Positions 1-14,925 of a stretch of DNA of 64,000 bases are shown one piece after another (position 1 is the stretch's first letter; each line of letters begins with the position of its first letter). Both the position numbers and the translations under genes were made by a program. The DNA is from Phaeosaccion multiseriatum (Eukaryota; Protista; Ochrophyta, other classes). The notes under the pieces are model-generated. The model worked only from the letters and a program-made list of their open reading frames with translations. It was not told the DNA's origin and ran no database searches. The DNA lies in assembly GCA_965112735.1 (NCBI GenBank), contig OZ218957.1:2542001-2606000 (forward strand), written 5' to 3'.

Positions 1-150
1 TATGCCTGCCCATATGCCTGTCCATATGCCTGTCTTGCCTTGCAGGGGGATGGCAGTGGACAGGTAAAGGGTCTGTGGACGTGTGAAGAAGGGGACGGGC
101 GGGTGGGGGTGGGGGGGGGGGAGGGGAGTATTCATGGCGTCGAATCACAG

Positions 151-694
151 GGTGCTCACTCCTTGTATTTCCCCTGATCCTTCTTCCAATTGTTTGTTTG
201 CCAATGATCACCAACTTGTCAAGGTGGACCCCCACTTCATCCTCTCCGGCGGGCTGCAGAAACCCCTCGCCGCTGAGCCGCTCTACGTGGCGTGCGATCG
301 CATGGACAGACTCTTCCTGCAGGCCAGGCAGCGGAAGGAGAGGCAGGAGATGCAGCAGCAGCCGCAGCGACAGGGCCGTCAGGAACAGGGCGGGGAGGAG
401 CACGGCGGCGAGTTCAGCAGCCGGGGCAGCGACATGACTGGGAATGCTGTGGTGCTCGAGGATGGTGTCACGCTCTCGTGGGGGGCGCAGGCAGTGCCGG
501 AAGCAGCAGCACAAGCGTCACTAACGGCGACGGCGGCGGCGGAGAAGGAGGAGGAGCGAGGGGAGGAGAGAGGGGGGGAGGAAGAGGGTGGCGAAGAGGA
601 GGAAGGTGTGAAAACGGAGGAGGGGGAGGGCGAGGGGGAGAAGGGGGACGAGGAGGAGGAGGAGGAGGAGGAGGAGGAGGAGGAGATCCACTAA
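151..694 (+). CDS. Probable terminal exon of an unidentified protein with an acidic C-terminal tail; gene starts upstream of the window
   Basis: Open frame after a candidate acceptor (AATCACAG ending 150), globular-looking segment LFANDHQLVKVDPHFILSGG, poly-E tail, stop at 694. No family recognised. Confidence 0.4.
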
Positions 695-1335
695 AAGGCT
701 GGTGGTGGTGGTGGTGGTGGTGGTGGTGGTGGTGGTGGTGGGAAGGCGAGCATCAGCAGCGACACAGGCATACAGGCATGTGAAGCAACGAGGAGAGTGA
801 CGAGAGAATTTTTTGTGAAGTAATTTTTGTTGTTACGTAGTTGGCAGGCTTCTGTGTAGGGACAAAAACCCTCCAACGGGCCCGTCCGTCCCAATGGCCA
901 GCAGATAGAAGGGATAGAGTCAAAAGCATTTTGAGAGAGAGAGACGTACACTGTAGGAAGACGTAGGTAGAGAGAAAAGAGAGAGGGCCTCCACCGCAGA
1001 CAGCGGAAGGACAGACGATATATGCACGAAGTACACCCGTCTTCTCTAGCGCCGCATGTGCTGTGCCGTCTCGTGCCATCCGCACCAGCAGCAGCTCAGC
1101 GACACGCCAATGAAGGCGTGGTGGCCCCTCGTGGTGGCCCCTCCCCCCAAGGGCCCGAGGCAAAAATAAAAGTAACGCCAGGACACCCACCAAAGGGATG
1201 GCAGCAGACGTGCGCGCGTCCACGAAGACTTGAGACGCTTTATTTTCTCCCCTTCCCGCGGACTTAAGACTTGTTCCCATCTCTCGGACCGGCGGAATCA
1301 AGCCTTGAGGAGCTCCAAAGGGAGTAGTAGCGTTT

Positions 1336-2580
<1,245 letters not shown>

Positions 2581-2661
2581 AGGAGGAGGGAAGGGGTGGG
2601 ATGGGGCTATGTACTAAGTCTATCTGTCTGTCGAGTGGTCTGCTGGATGGGGGCCAGAGCC

Positions 2662-2695
<34 letters not shown>

Positions 2696-3689
2696 TGCGC
2701 GTGGCCTTATGGAAGCAAGGGGCTGCTCTGTGCGCTGCTGTGCGCTTTGTATATTCTGTCCTGTCTGGAGGGCCAGCAGGCGCCTCATGTACAGTACAGC
2801 TCATTGGGGGGGAAACATTGTGTACATGACAAGAAGAGGAGAGGAGGAAGTGGAAAGTATGCAAAAAAGTTCATAAGAAGAGTCGAGTACAGTCAATTTT
2901 AGTAAATAAAGGGAGTGTGGGTAGTGCCAATCTGTAGGTCGTCGCGTGGAAGTGTATGGCGACGGCTTTCCACCTCTTGCTGTGCGCCAGCGAGGTTTGG
3001 GCGTACGATGGCAGCGGCGGCATCCATCCTACCTAAGCTCTGACGCGAGGGGACCTTGCCTGGTATCATGGGTCTTCGCAGGTTCTGGCTTCACGGTGTC
3101 GTCAGGCCGACAGAGTGGAGGTTCGGTTCACAAGTATCGGCCCCTGACAAGGTCGGAGGCGACCCAGGTTCCAGGTTCTGGGGGAAAGCCTTGCAATAAG
3201 GCAATGATGGGGGCCAAGGCTACTCTGCCAGGCCTCGATGGCTCGGCAGGCACGCTCTACGCTCTACATCCCTTTGATTCCTTGCGACCTTCTCCATCTC
3301 CAAGCAGTATCTCCATCGGCAAGGTTTGTGGCCGCGTCAGCTGCAGCCACCAGCCACCAGATATGTGAAGATGAGGCTCTCGGAGCGAGAGCGCGCCTTC
3401 CTGGGACGGCTCAGGTGGCGCCGGACCAGCACCCCCCCCCCGGGAAGGGCGAAGAGACCGAGCGGAGAAGTCAATGAATGCCGCCCTTTCTTTGTTAGCT
3501 TATGAAGGGTTCAAACAATCTTCAGTGTTCCTCTCCTCTCCTCTCTTCTCCCTAGCCCCAGGAGCCCCACTTGCTGCGCTGGAGGGTGGGGTCTGTGGCG
3601 GAGGGATGGGTGAGGGTGATGCGCGAAGGTCCTTTACGAAGCCGTAGCAAGAGGATCGAGCCAAGACCACATTAAGCGGGGAAGTGGGA

Positions 3690-6600
3690 ATGGCGGGAGA
3701 CGTAGCTGCGCAGGACGATGAGATCACCAAGGCCTGCTACGACCAGGTGCTCTTCAGTATCAGCGATGCGAAGCGAGAGGCCAGTCGCTCGGCGAAGGGT
3801 ACAGGCAGTAAGCTACAGACGGGGACAGGTGCTTCCATGGCCGCCCCCACCACCAAGCTGCTAGAGCTGACAGCGACTGGGATCGTCGAGGCGGAGCTGC
3901 TGAGGGTGGGGAGGGAGGGCGAGAGGTTCCTCGGAGAGGAAAGGTGCTTGGCGGAGATGAGAGAGGGCCACGCGCGAGAGCTCACCCGCATCTACATTGA
4001 GTGTGCCCAGCGCCGGAGAGAAGAGCAAGAAGAAGCAGCAGCAGCGGCAGCAGCAGCAAGAGGAGGGGCAGCTGCAGGGCAAGCAGCGGGCAAAGAGAAA
4101 CCCAACAAGAAGGGAAAGAGTGGGTTGGATGCGCAAAGTGCGGCGGGTGTGATCGACATTGACATCAACATCGATATCGAGGGCGGCACCCCGTCCGCAT
4201 TGCTCATGACGCCTTCCCAGCTCCTTGCGAGCCTTCCACAGCTCCGCGTGTCCTACCCGATCGAGGGTGTTGATGTTGGTACTACGGGTGTGTGCACGAC
4301 CGGGTCGTCGCACTACCGCTCGTCCCAAGCCACCCACCCCCTCCACCATCACAAGGAGAAGGAGGAGGGGGTGACGGAAGAGGAAGGAGGCAGGAGCAGG
4401 CAGCTGATAGAGGAGCTGCGGCGTCGAGTAGACCAGCAGCGAGACAAGCTCCGTGTGCAGGAGGAGGCTCTTGTGCAGCGTGAGCAGCAGCAGCAGCAGC
4501 AGCGTCAGCAGCAGTGGCAGCTGGAGCAGCGCATCCAAGAGCTACAGTTGGTGATACAGCGGCAGGAGCAGCAGCATACCCAGCAGCTGGCACGATACAA
4601 GGACGAACGCATGGGAAAGCTCCAAGCCCAAGTGCAAAGCCTTCAGCAGCAGCTCTACCAACAACAGCAGCTCTACCAACAGCAGCAGTTGGTGCTACAG
4701 CAGCAGCAGCAGCAGCAGCAGCAGTCCCGAGGCTTGCCGGACCCGAGTAGGAGAGACAGGGGCAACGGCCGCAGCTGGCGAGAAGAAGACGGAGGAGATG
4801 CCACAGCTTGGGGCCGGGGGGGGAGAGGAGGGGGGGTAGGCCGAGGGGCATTCATGACTGCCGGAGAGCGACTGAGGAGAGACGGCGATGGCGGCGAAGA
4901 GGGGGAAGACCACCAGCACGGGCACAGAGCAGACGGAAACGGAAATGGGTATCAGAATGGGCATCAGAATGGGCATCAGAATCCGCAGCAGCATTTGCGT
5001 CAGCCCAACAGCTCCGGGCTTGTCAAGAAGAGGAAGTTCGAGGCTCCGCGCAGGAACGAGGACGCGGGGGGGGGAGGAGGGGATGGCAAGGGGAAGGGAG
5101 GAGCGAGAGGAGGAGCCGGGGCGCAGCAGAAGGTGAGAGAAGGCAGAGGAAGGGAGGAGAAGGAGAAGGAGGACGGTTCGCAGAGAGCGTCGTTGCCACA
5201 CAGCCACACCACCACTTAGACGCACGCAAACACGCACACACGCACGCACACGCACGCTCGCGCACACACACAGGCGACATATGACCTGCCTCTCCTCTAC
5301 ACACACGCACACATGGAGATACTCACCTCTGACCCTTCATATTTCCTCTCCTGCTGCTGCTTTTCACTGTATCACTGTATCACTGTATCACTGTATCACT
5401 GTATCACTGTATCACCAATTGCTGAAGGGTGGAGGTGATAAGGGCGAGGCTGCTGCGGAGGAGCTCCCCCCTGAGCTCGCCCACTGCGACGCTGAGGCCG
5501 TAGAGAAGATCAGGAAAGAGATAATCTCCACAGGGGACGAAGTGCGCTTCGATGACATCGCCGGTAAGTTGCAGTTGCAGTTTGCAGTTTCATGCACCTG
5601 TTCATTCGATCCAAAAACGAGTATCGTTTCTTATCCACATATCGACCTACTCTGTGCCGAGTGATGTATGGGGAAGAAAGGAGAGCCAAGCGTGCGTGCG
5701 TGCGTGCGTGCGTGTGTGCGTGTCATCGTGCTTGCTTGACTGTGTGTGTGCGTGCGTGTGGGCTCATGCGCGTCTGTGTGTGTGTGCGTTTGCGCTGCCC
5801 ATCTCTCCCTCTCTCCCTCTCTCCTTCCCTCTCCCTCCCTCTCCCTCTCCCTCTCTCTCTCCCTCTCCCTCTCCCTCTCCCTCTCCCTCTCCCTCCCTCT
5901 CTCCTTCCCTCTCCCTCTCCCTCTCCCTCCCTCTCCCTCTCCCTCCCTCTCTCCCTCTCTCCTTCCCTCTCTCCCTCTCTCCTTCCCTCTCCCTCTCCCT
6001 CTCTCTTTCCCTCTCCCTCTCCCTCTCCCTCTCCCTCTCCCTCTCCCTTTCCCTCTCCATCTCCCGCTCTCCCTATCCCTCTCCCTATCCCTCTTCCTCT
6101 TCCTCTTCCTCTCCCTCTCCCTCTCCCTCTCCCTCTCCATCTCCCTCTCCCTCCCCCTCTCCCTCTCCCTCTCCCTCTCCCTCTCCCTCTCCCTCCCTCT
6201 CAACCAGGCCTGGACTTTGCTAAGAAGACTGTGGACGAGCTTGTGTGCTGGCCGATGGCGAGGCCGGACCTCTTCACGGGCCTCAGGGCGTTGCCGAAGG
6301 GACTCCTGCTCTTCGGGCCACCGGGGACGGGTATGTCAGTGAGGGAGGGAGGGAGGGAGGGAGGGAGGGAGGGAGGGCGGGGGGGAGAGAGGGAGGGAGG
6401 AGGGAGGAGGAAGGGAGAAGGGAGGAGGGGGGAAGTAGGCGGGAGGAGGCATGGCCACTTGCCTGTCATGCCGTAGGGAGACGGGGGAAGAGAGGCAAAG
6501 GCGAGGCATGCGTGCGTGTGTGCGTGCGTGTGTGCGTGCGTGCGTGTGTGCGTGCATTGTTTTGTGTTCTGGTGCCTTTCCCCTTTCGACCCTGACCCCT

Positions 6601-7258
6601 GGCCCCTGGACCCCCCCCCCCCCTCCCCCTCCCCCTCCACCCACACCTTCCCCCAATACCCTATCTCTGACCCCCACACCCCGACCCCCTCAATCCCTGA
6701 ACCCCCAACGAAACGCACGTCATCTCATTCTCATCCTCTTCTCCGACCCCGACCCCGACCCTAACCCTAACTCCCCCCCCCCAAGGCAAGACGCTCATCG
6801 GCAAGGCCATCGCCTCCCAGAGCGGCGCTACTTTCTTCAGCATCTCTGCTAGCAGCCTCATGAGCAAGTGGATAGGGGAGGGGGAGAAGTTGGTGCGCGC
6901 CCTCTTCGCCGTCGCCAACTACCATCAGCCATCTGTGATTTTCATCGACGAGGTGGACTCCATGCTGTCTATGCGCAGCTCGGAAGGTACAGTAGCGTAA
7001 CTGTAACGGTGCCAACGGTGCCAACCAACCCAAAAGAATACATCAACCACGCCAATAACCACACCCATTATATACCCCGTTTTCCACCCCGTTCTCCACA
7101 CACACACACACACACCCGCACACACACACACAATTACGTAATTCTTAGGTTGATTCCCGTAAGTCAATGTAGCATCCCTCTACCCACCCACTCACCACCC
7201 ACTCACCACCCATAACCGAGTACCAATGTCATGTACGCTAAAGTGTGTGTGTATGTGT

Positions 7259-7290
<32 letters not shown>

Positions 7291-7560
7291 ACGTGTGTGC
7301 CGAACCACCCCACAATCCTCCAACACAGATAACGAGGCTTCAAGACGCCTCAAAACGGAATTCCTGGTGCAGCTGGATGGGGCGGGCACGAAGGCCTCCA
7401 ACGTGGTGCTCGTGGTGGGGGCCACCAACCGCCCGCAGGAGCTTGATGAGGCGGCGAGGAGGCGCTTTGTGAAGCGACTCTACATCCCCCTGCCCGACGC
7501 GAGGGGCAGGAAGCAGCTCGTGCAGACGTTGCTAAGACAGGTGTGTGTGTGAGAGTGTAT

Positions 7561-7601
<41 letters not shown>

Positions 7602-7608
7602 AGTGTAT

Positions 7609-7647
<39 letters not shown>

Positions 7648-7658
7648 TATGAGTGTAT

Positions 7659-7697
<39 letters not shown>

Positions 7698-8816
7698 TGA
7701 GTGTATGAGTGTGTGTGTGCCTGCGTGCGTGTGTGTGTCTCTCTCGTTCTCTCTCTCCGGCTCTCGATCCACCCCTCACTGTAATTCTTAGGTTGATTCC
7801 TATTAGTCACGAAAATCCCCCCCCCCCCCACCCTTCCGTACAGAACCGCCATACCCTCTGCGAGGAGGACGTAACGCATATCGTGGAGCTTACAAAGGGT
7901 TTCAGCGGGGCTGACCTGCGCTCTCTCTGCCAGGAGGTGAGCAGTGCTGGATCACCAACTGTTGCACGCTAGCGACACGCCAACCTCTCGACTCTCTCCT
8001 CCTCCCTCCTCTTCCCCTCCCCCTCCTCTATCCTCTTCCTCCCCCCTCTCCTCCCTCCTCTTCCCCTCCCCCTCCTCTATCCTCTTCCTCCCGCCTCTCC
8101 TCCCCCCTCTCCTCCTTCCTCTCCCTCCTCTCCCTCCTCCCCGCTACCACCCACCCAACACATCCCAACCATGCCCCCACGCCCTCTGACTTCATTCCAT
8201 ATACCTCCATTTTTTGTCCCATCCATCCCTCTCTGCTGCAGGCCGCTATGGGCCCTCTCCGCCAACTGAGCGGCAACAGCACCATCAAGAACATCAGGTA
8301 GGGCATGCAGAGGCGTATGGGTATGTAGAGGTACATGGGCACGCTTGTGCCCCCCCTTCCCCGCCTCCGTGCCTCCGCTGGTGCTTTACTTTTGCCTTTT
8401 CCTTCTCTTCCGCATCCCTCTGCTACGCTGCCCTACGCAACACCACGCCGCCCCTTACGCCACATCTGCTGCTCTACTGCTTGCTCCACCACTCTACTCA
8501 TTCTCCTCACTCTAGTTACTCTCCTCCCTCATTCTACTCATTCTACCGCTCTACTCACCAACCCCTTTGCCACGCTACTCGCTGAAACCGCTGAAACCGC
8601 CGCTCACTGTGCAGAGTGGGGGAGGTGCCGGCCATTGAAAAGTCCCACTTTGAACATGCCCTCAACTCGATGAGACCGAGCGTCAGTCCCGGGGAGATCT
8701 GCCACTACATTAAGTGGAACACGGAGTTCGGCAGCTGCCAGGGAGAGGGGGTTTATGGGGAGGACTTGGCCCACCACCACGCAGGCCTAGAAACCCACCA
8801 TACCACACCCCAGTAG
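3690..8816 (+). CDS. FIGNL1: Fidgetin-like AAA+ ATPase, 8 exons
   Basis: Exons approx 3690-5132, 5428-5563, 6208-6330, 6786-6986, 7329-7540, 7844-7936, 8242-8297, 8615-8816 join into VRFDDIAG|[15 protein letters not shown], Walker A GPPGTG|KT, Walker [38 protein letters not shown] and a Vps4_C-like [10 protein letters not shown] end. Confidence 0.9.
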
Positions 8817-9270
8817 TAGTAAGTAGTAGTAGTAGTAAGATTGTAAAAAAAAAAAGCGGATCACACAGTAATATGGGCAAGCTTATGCACCGCCTCGACC
8901 AAGAGACCCTCACCACATTGCCACAAACGGCATATGCACAACATCGGTCTAGAGAGCAAGTACACCACAGGCCAAGGTGTACGGGCTCAAACAGTTTCAG
9001 GCCTTGGCCAACAGTGAAACGGTGAGAAACCATCGCACCACAGTGCTTCTTCATTCATTCATTCTTCTTCTTCTTGGGACACTGGTGTGCACAAATAAGC
9101 AGTCGGTGGGCACTCAGTAGTACGTCAGCAGTCGGTGAGCAGTCAGTACGTCAGCAGTCGGTGAGCAGTCAGCAGAGCACGTTAGGCGCCACAGGCACAG
9201 ACAGCAAGGTACGGCAGAAGGCTTTCACTTTCGTGCCTGTCCGCCGTCCACGCCCAGCCCACACCAGCTG

Positions 9271-12200
9271 GTGAGTGAGTGAGTGAGTGAGTAAGTGAGT
9301 GAGTGAGTGAGTGCGTGTGTGAGGGAGTGGGTGAGTGTGTGACTGAGTGAGTGGGTGTATGGGTGTGTGAGTGAGTGAGTGACTGACTGAGTGAGTGAGT
9401 GAGTGAGTGAGTGAGGGAGTGAGTGTGTGAGTGTGTGTGTGAGCGAGTGAGTGAGGGAGTGAGTGTGTGAGTGTGTGTGTGAGTGAGTGAGTGAGTGAGG
9501 GAGTGAGTGTGTGTGAGTGAGTGAGTGAGTGAGTGAGTGAGTGAGTGAGTGAATGAGTGAGTGAGTGAGTGAGTGAGTGAGTGAGTGAGTGTGTGAGTGA
9601 GGGACTGAGTGAGTGAGGGAGTGAGTGTGTGTGTGAGTGAGTGAGTGAGGGAGTGAGTGTGTGAGTGTGTGTGTGTGTGAGTGAGTGAGTGAGTGAGTGT
9701 GTGAGTGAGTGTGTGAGTGAGTGAGTGAGTGTGTGAGTGTGTGGGTGAGTGTGTGAGGGAGTGTGTGACTGTGTGAGTGAGTGAGTGAGTGAGTGAGAGT
9801 GTGAGTGAGGGAGTGAGTGTGTGAGTGTGTGGGTGAGTGTGTGAGGGAGTGTGTAACTGTGTGAGTGAGTGAGTGAGTGAGTGAGTGAGTGAGTGAGTGA
9901 GTGAGTGAGTGAGTGAGTGAGTAAGTGAGTGATTGAGTGGTGAGTGTGTGACTGACTGAGTGGGTGTGTGAGTGAGTGAGTGAGTGAGTGAGTGAGTGAG
10001 TGACTAAGAGGGAGTGAGTGAGTGCGTGACTGAGTGAGTGAGTGATTGAGGGAGTGGGTGAGTGAGTGAGTGAGAGTAAGTGAGTGAGTGAGCGTGTGAC
10101 TGAGTGAGTGGGTGATTGAGTGAGTGTGTGAGTGATTGAGTGAGTGTGTGACTGAGTGAGTGAGTGAGAGTGAGTGAGTGAGTGAGTGAGTGAGTGGGTG
10201 ATTGAGTGAGTGGGTGAGTGGGTGAGTGAGTGAGTGGGTGAGTGGGTGGGTGGGTGGGTGGGTGGGTGAGTGAGCGAGTTAGTGAGACTGGGTGAGTGAG
10301 TGAGAGTGAGTGAGTGGGTGAGTGTGTGAGTGAGGGAGTGAGTGTGTGACTGAGTGAGTGAGTGAGTGAGTGAGTGAGTGAGTGGGTGATTGAGTGAGTG
10401 TGTTAGGGAGTGAGTGAGTGAGTGAGTGAGTGAGTGAGTAAGTGAGTGAGTGAGGGAGTGAGTGGGTGGGTGGGTGAGTGACTGAGTGAGTGAGTGAGTG
10501 GGTGTGTGAGTGAGTGAGTGAGTGAGTGAGTGGGTGTGTGAGTGAGTGAGTGAGTGAGTGAGTGAGTGTGTGAGGGAGTGAGTGAGTGAGTGAGTGAGTG
10601 GGTGAGTGGGTGAGTGAGTGGGTGGGTGAGTGAGTGAGTGAGTGAGTGTGTGAGGGAGTGAGTGAGTGAGTGAGAGTGAGTGAGTGAGTGTGTGAGGGAG
10701 TGAGTGAGTGAGTGAGTGAGTGAGTGGGTGAGTGGGTGTGTGAGGGAGTGAGTGTGTGAGTGAGTAAGTGAGTGAGTGAGTGAGCGTGTGAGGGAGTGAG
10801 TGAGTGAGTGAGTGTGTGACTGAGTGAGTGGGTGATTGAGTGAGTGTGTGAGGGAGTGAGTGAGTGAGTGAGTGAGTGAGTGAGTGAGTGAGTGAGTGAG
10901 TGAGTGCGTGTGTGAGGGAGTGGGTGAGTGTGTGACTGAGTGAGTGGGTGTGTGGGTGTGTGAGTGAGTGAGTGAGTGAGTGAGTGAGTGAGTGACTGAG
11001 TGAGTGGGTGTGTGAGTGGGTGAGTGAGTGAGTGAGTGAGTGGGTGTGTGAGTGATTGAGTGCGTGTGTGAGGGAGTGGGTGAGTGTGTGACTGAGTGAG
11101 TGGGTGTGTGAGTGTGTGAGTGGGTGAGTGAGTGAGTGAGTTAGAGTGAGTGAGTGAGTGAGTGTGTGAGTGAGTGAGTGGGTGTGTGAGTGAGTGAGTG
11201 AGTTAGAGTGAGTGAGTGAGTGAGTGAGTGAGTGAGTGAGTGGGTGTGTGGGTGAGTGAGTGAGTGAGTGAGTGAGTGAGTGACTGAGTGAGTGGGTGTG
11301 TGAGTGAGTGAGTGAGTGTGTGAGTGAGTGGGTGAGTGTGTGACTGAGTGAGTGGGTGTGCGAGTGTGTGAGTGTGTGTGTGAGGGAGTGTGTGAGTGTG
11401 TGAGGGAGTGGGTGAGTGTGTGACTGAGTGAGTGAGTGAGTGAGTGAGTGTGTGAGGGAGTGAGTGAGTGAGAGTGAGTGAGTGAGTGAGTGTGTGAGGG
11501 AGTGAGTGAGTGAGTGAGTGAGTGGGTGAGTGGGTGAGTGAGGGAGTGAGTGTGTGAGTGAGTGAGTGAGTGAGTGAGTGAGTGAGTGAGTGAGTGAGTG
11601 AGTGAGTGAGTGAGTGAGTGTGTGACTAAGTGAGTGAGTGATTGAGTGAGTGTGTGAGGGAGTGAGTGAGTGAGTGAGTGAGTGAGTGAGTGAGTGAGTG
11701 AGTGAGTGAGTGCGTGTGTGAGGGAGTGGGTGAGTGTGTGACTGAGTGAGTGGGTGTGTGGGTGTGTGAGTGAGTGAGTGAGTGAGTGAGTGAGGGAGTG
11801 AGTGAGTGAGTGAGTGGGTGTGTGAGTGGGTGGGTGGGTGAGTGAGTGAGTGAGTGTGTGAGTGATTGAGTGCGTGTGTGAGGGAGTGGGTGAGTGTGTG
11901 ACTGAGTGAGTGGGTGTGTGAGTGTGTGACTGAGTGAGTGAGTGAGTGAGTTAGAGTGAGTGAGTGAGTGAGTGAGTGTGTGACTGAGTGAGTGGGTGTG
12001 TGAGTGAGTGAGTGAGTGAGTGAGTGTGTGTGTGAGTGAGTGAGTGAGTGAGTGAGTGAGTGAGTGAGTGAGTGAGTGAGTGTGTGAGTGAGTGACTGAG
12101 TGAGTGGGTGTGTGAGTGGGTGAGTGAGTGAGTGAGTGAGTGGGTGTGTGAGTGATTGAGTGCGTGTGTGAGGGAGTGGGTGAGTGAGTGACTGAGTGAG

Positions 12201-14925
12201 TGGGTGTGTGAGTGTGTGAGTGGGTGAGTGAGTGAGTGAGTGAGAGTGAGTGAGTGAGTGAGTGTGTGACTGAGTGAGTGGGTGTGTGAGTGAGTGAGTG
12301 AGTGAGTGAGTGAGTGAGTGGGTGTGTGGGTGGGTGAGTGAGTGAGTGACTGAGTGAGTGGGTGTGTGAGTGAGTGAGTGAGTGTGTGAGGGAGTGGGTG
12401 AGTGTGTGAGTGAGTGAGTGGGTGTGTGAGTGTGTGAGTGTGTGTGTGAGGGAGTGTGTGAGTGTGTGAGGGAGTGGGTGAGTGTGTGAGTGAGTGAGTG
12501 AGTGAGTGAGTGAGTGTGTGAGGGAGTGAGTGAGTGAGTGAGTGAGTGAGTGGGTGGGTGAGTGAGTGAGTGGGTGAGTGAGGGAGTGAGCGTGTGACTG
12601 AGTGAGTGAGTGAGTGAGTGAGTGAGTGGGTGAGTGAGTGAGTGAGTGAGTGTGTGAGGGAGTGAGTGAGTGAGTGAGTGTGTGACGGACTGAGTGAGTG
12701 AGTGAGTGAGTGAGTGAGTGAGTGGGTGAGTGGGTGAGTGAGTGAGTGGGTGAGGGAGTGAGGGAGTGGGTGAGTGAGTGAGTGAGGGAGTGAGTGGATG
12801 AGGGAGTGAGTGGGTGGGTGAGGGAGTGAGTGAGTGAGTGGGTGGGTGAGTGATTGAGTGCGTGTGTGAGGGAGTGTGTGAGTGTGTGACTGAGTGAGTG
12901 GGTGTGTGAGTGAGTGAGTGAGTGAGTGAGTGAGTGAGTGAGTGAGTGAGTGAGTGAGTGAGTGAGTGAGTGGGTGAGTGAGTGTGTGAGTGAGTGACTG
13001 AGTGAGTGGGTGTGTGAGTGGGTGAGTGAGTGAGTGACTGAGTGAGTGGGTGTGTGAGTGAGTGAGTGAGTGTGTGAGGGAGTGGGTGAGTGTTTGACTG
13101 AGTGAGTGGGTGTGTGAGTGTGTGAGTGGGTGAGTGAGTGAGTGAGTGAGAGTGAGTGAGTGAGTGAGTGTGTGAGGGAGTGAGGGAGTGAGTGAGTGAG
13201 TGAGTGAGAATGTGACTGAGTGAGTGAGTGACTGAGTGAGTGAGTGAGTGAGTGAGTGAGTGTGTGAGTGAGTGAGTGAGGGAGAGAGGGAGTGGGTGAG
13301 TGAGTGTGTGAGGGAGTGAGTGTGTGAGTGAGTGTGTGAGGGAGTGAGTGGATGAGGGAGTGAGTGGGTGGGTGAGGGAGTGAGTGAGTGTGTGAGTGAG
13401 TGATTGAGTGCGTGTGTGAGGGAGTGGGTGAGTGTGTGACTGAGTGAGTGGGTGTGTGAGTGAGTGAGTGAGTGAGTGAGTGAGTGGGTGAGTGAGTGAG
13501 TGAGTGAGTGAGTGAGTGAGTGAGTGAGTGAGTGAGTGAGTGACTGAGTGAGTGGGTGTGTGAGTGGGTGAGTGAGTGAGTGAGTGAGTGAGTGAGTGTG
13601 TGAGTGAGTGAGTGAGTGTGTGAGGGAGTGGGTGAGTGTGTGACTGAGTGAGTGGGTGTGTGAGTGTGTGACTGAGTGAGTGGGTGTGTGAGTGTGTGAG
13701 TGGGTGAGTGAGTGAGTGAGTGAGACTGAGTGAGTGAGTGAGTGTGTGAGGGAGTGAGAGTGAGTGAGTGAGTGAGTGTGTGACTGAGTGACTGAGTAAG
13801 GGAGGGAGTGAGTGGGTGGGTGAGGCAGTGAGTGAGTGGGTGTGTGAGTGAGTGAGTGACTGAGTGACTGAGTGAGTGTGTGACTGACTGAGTGAGTGGG
13901 TGTGTGAGTGAGTGAGTGGGTGTGTGAGTGATTGAGTGCGTGTGTGAGGGAGTGGGTGAGTGAGTGTGTGAGGGGGTAAGTGAGTGAGTGAGTGAGTGAG
14001 TGAGTGAGTAAGTGAGTGAGTGAGCGAGTGAGTGAGTGTGTGAGTGAGTGTGTGAGGGAGTGGGTGAGTGTGTGACTGAATGAGTGAGTGTGTGAGTGGG
14101 TGAGTGAGTGAGTGAGTGAGTGAGTGAAAGTGACTGACTGAGGGACTGACTGACTGACTGACTGACTGACTGACTGACTGACTGACTGACTGAGGGACTG
14201 ACTGACTGAGGGACTGACTGAGGGACTGACTGACTGAGGGACTGACTGACTGAGGGACTGACTGACTGACTGACCGACTGACTGACTGACTGAGGGACTG
14301 AGGGACTGACTGAGGGACTGAGGGACTGACTGAGGGACTGACTGACTGACTGACTGACTGACTGACTGACTGACTGACTGAGGGACTGACTGAGTGCCTG
14401 ACTGACTGACTGACTGACTGCCTGACTGAGGGACTGACTGAGGGACTGACTGAGGGACTGACTGAGGGACTGACTGACTGACTGACTGACTGACTGACTG
14501 ACTGACTGACTGACTGACTGACTGACTGATTGACTGACTGACTGACTGACTGACTGACTGACTGAGGGACTGACTGACTGACTGACTGCTTGACTGACTG
14601 AGGGACTGACTGACTGACTGACTGACTGACTGACTGACTGACTGAGGGACTGACTGACTGACTGACTGACTGAGGGACTGACTGACTGACTGAGGGACTG
14701 ACTGACTGATTGACTGACTGAGGGACTGACTGACTGACTGACTGACTGAGGGACTGACTGACTGACTGACTGACTGACTGACTGACTGACTGACTGACTG
14801 AGTGAGTGAGTGAGTGAGTGAGTGAGTGAGTGAGTGAGTGAGTGAGTGAGTGAGTGAGTGAGTGAGTGAGTGAGTGAGTGAGTGAGTGAGTGAGTGACTG
14901 ACTGACTGACTGACTGACTCACTGA
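9271..14925 (+). repeat. About 5.6-kb compound tetranucleotide satellite: degenerate (GAGT)n, then (GACT)n from about 14130, then a short (GAGT)n block
   Basis: Directly visible. A longer block beginning GATTGAGTGCGTGTGTGAGGGAGTG recurs at about 11054, 11864, 12154, 12852, 13402 and 13930. Confidence 0.98.

Noticed and set aside
2946-3477. Short overlapping ORFs between the poly-Q gene and FIGNL1
   Set aside because: No recognisable motif or consistent splice structure, so a gene call cannot be supported.
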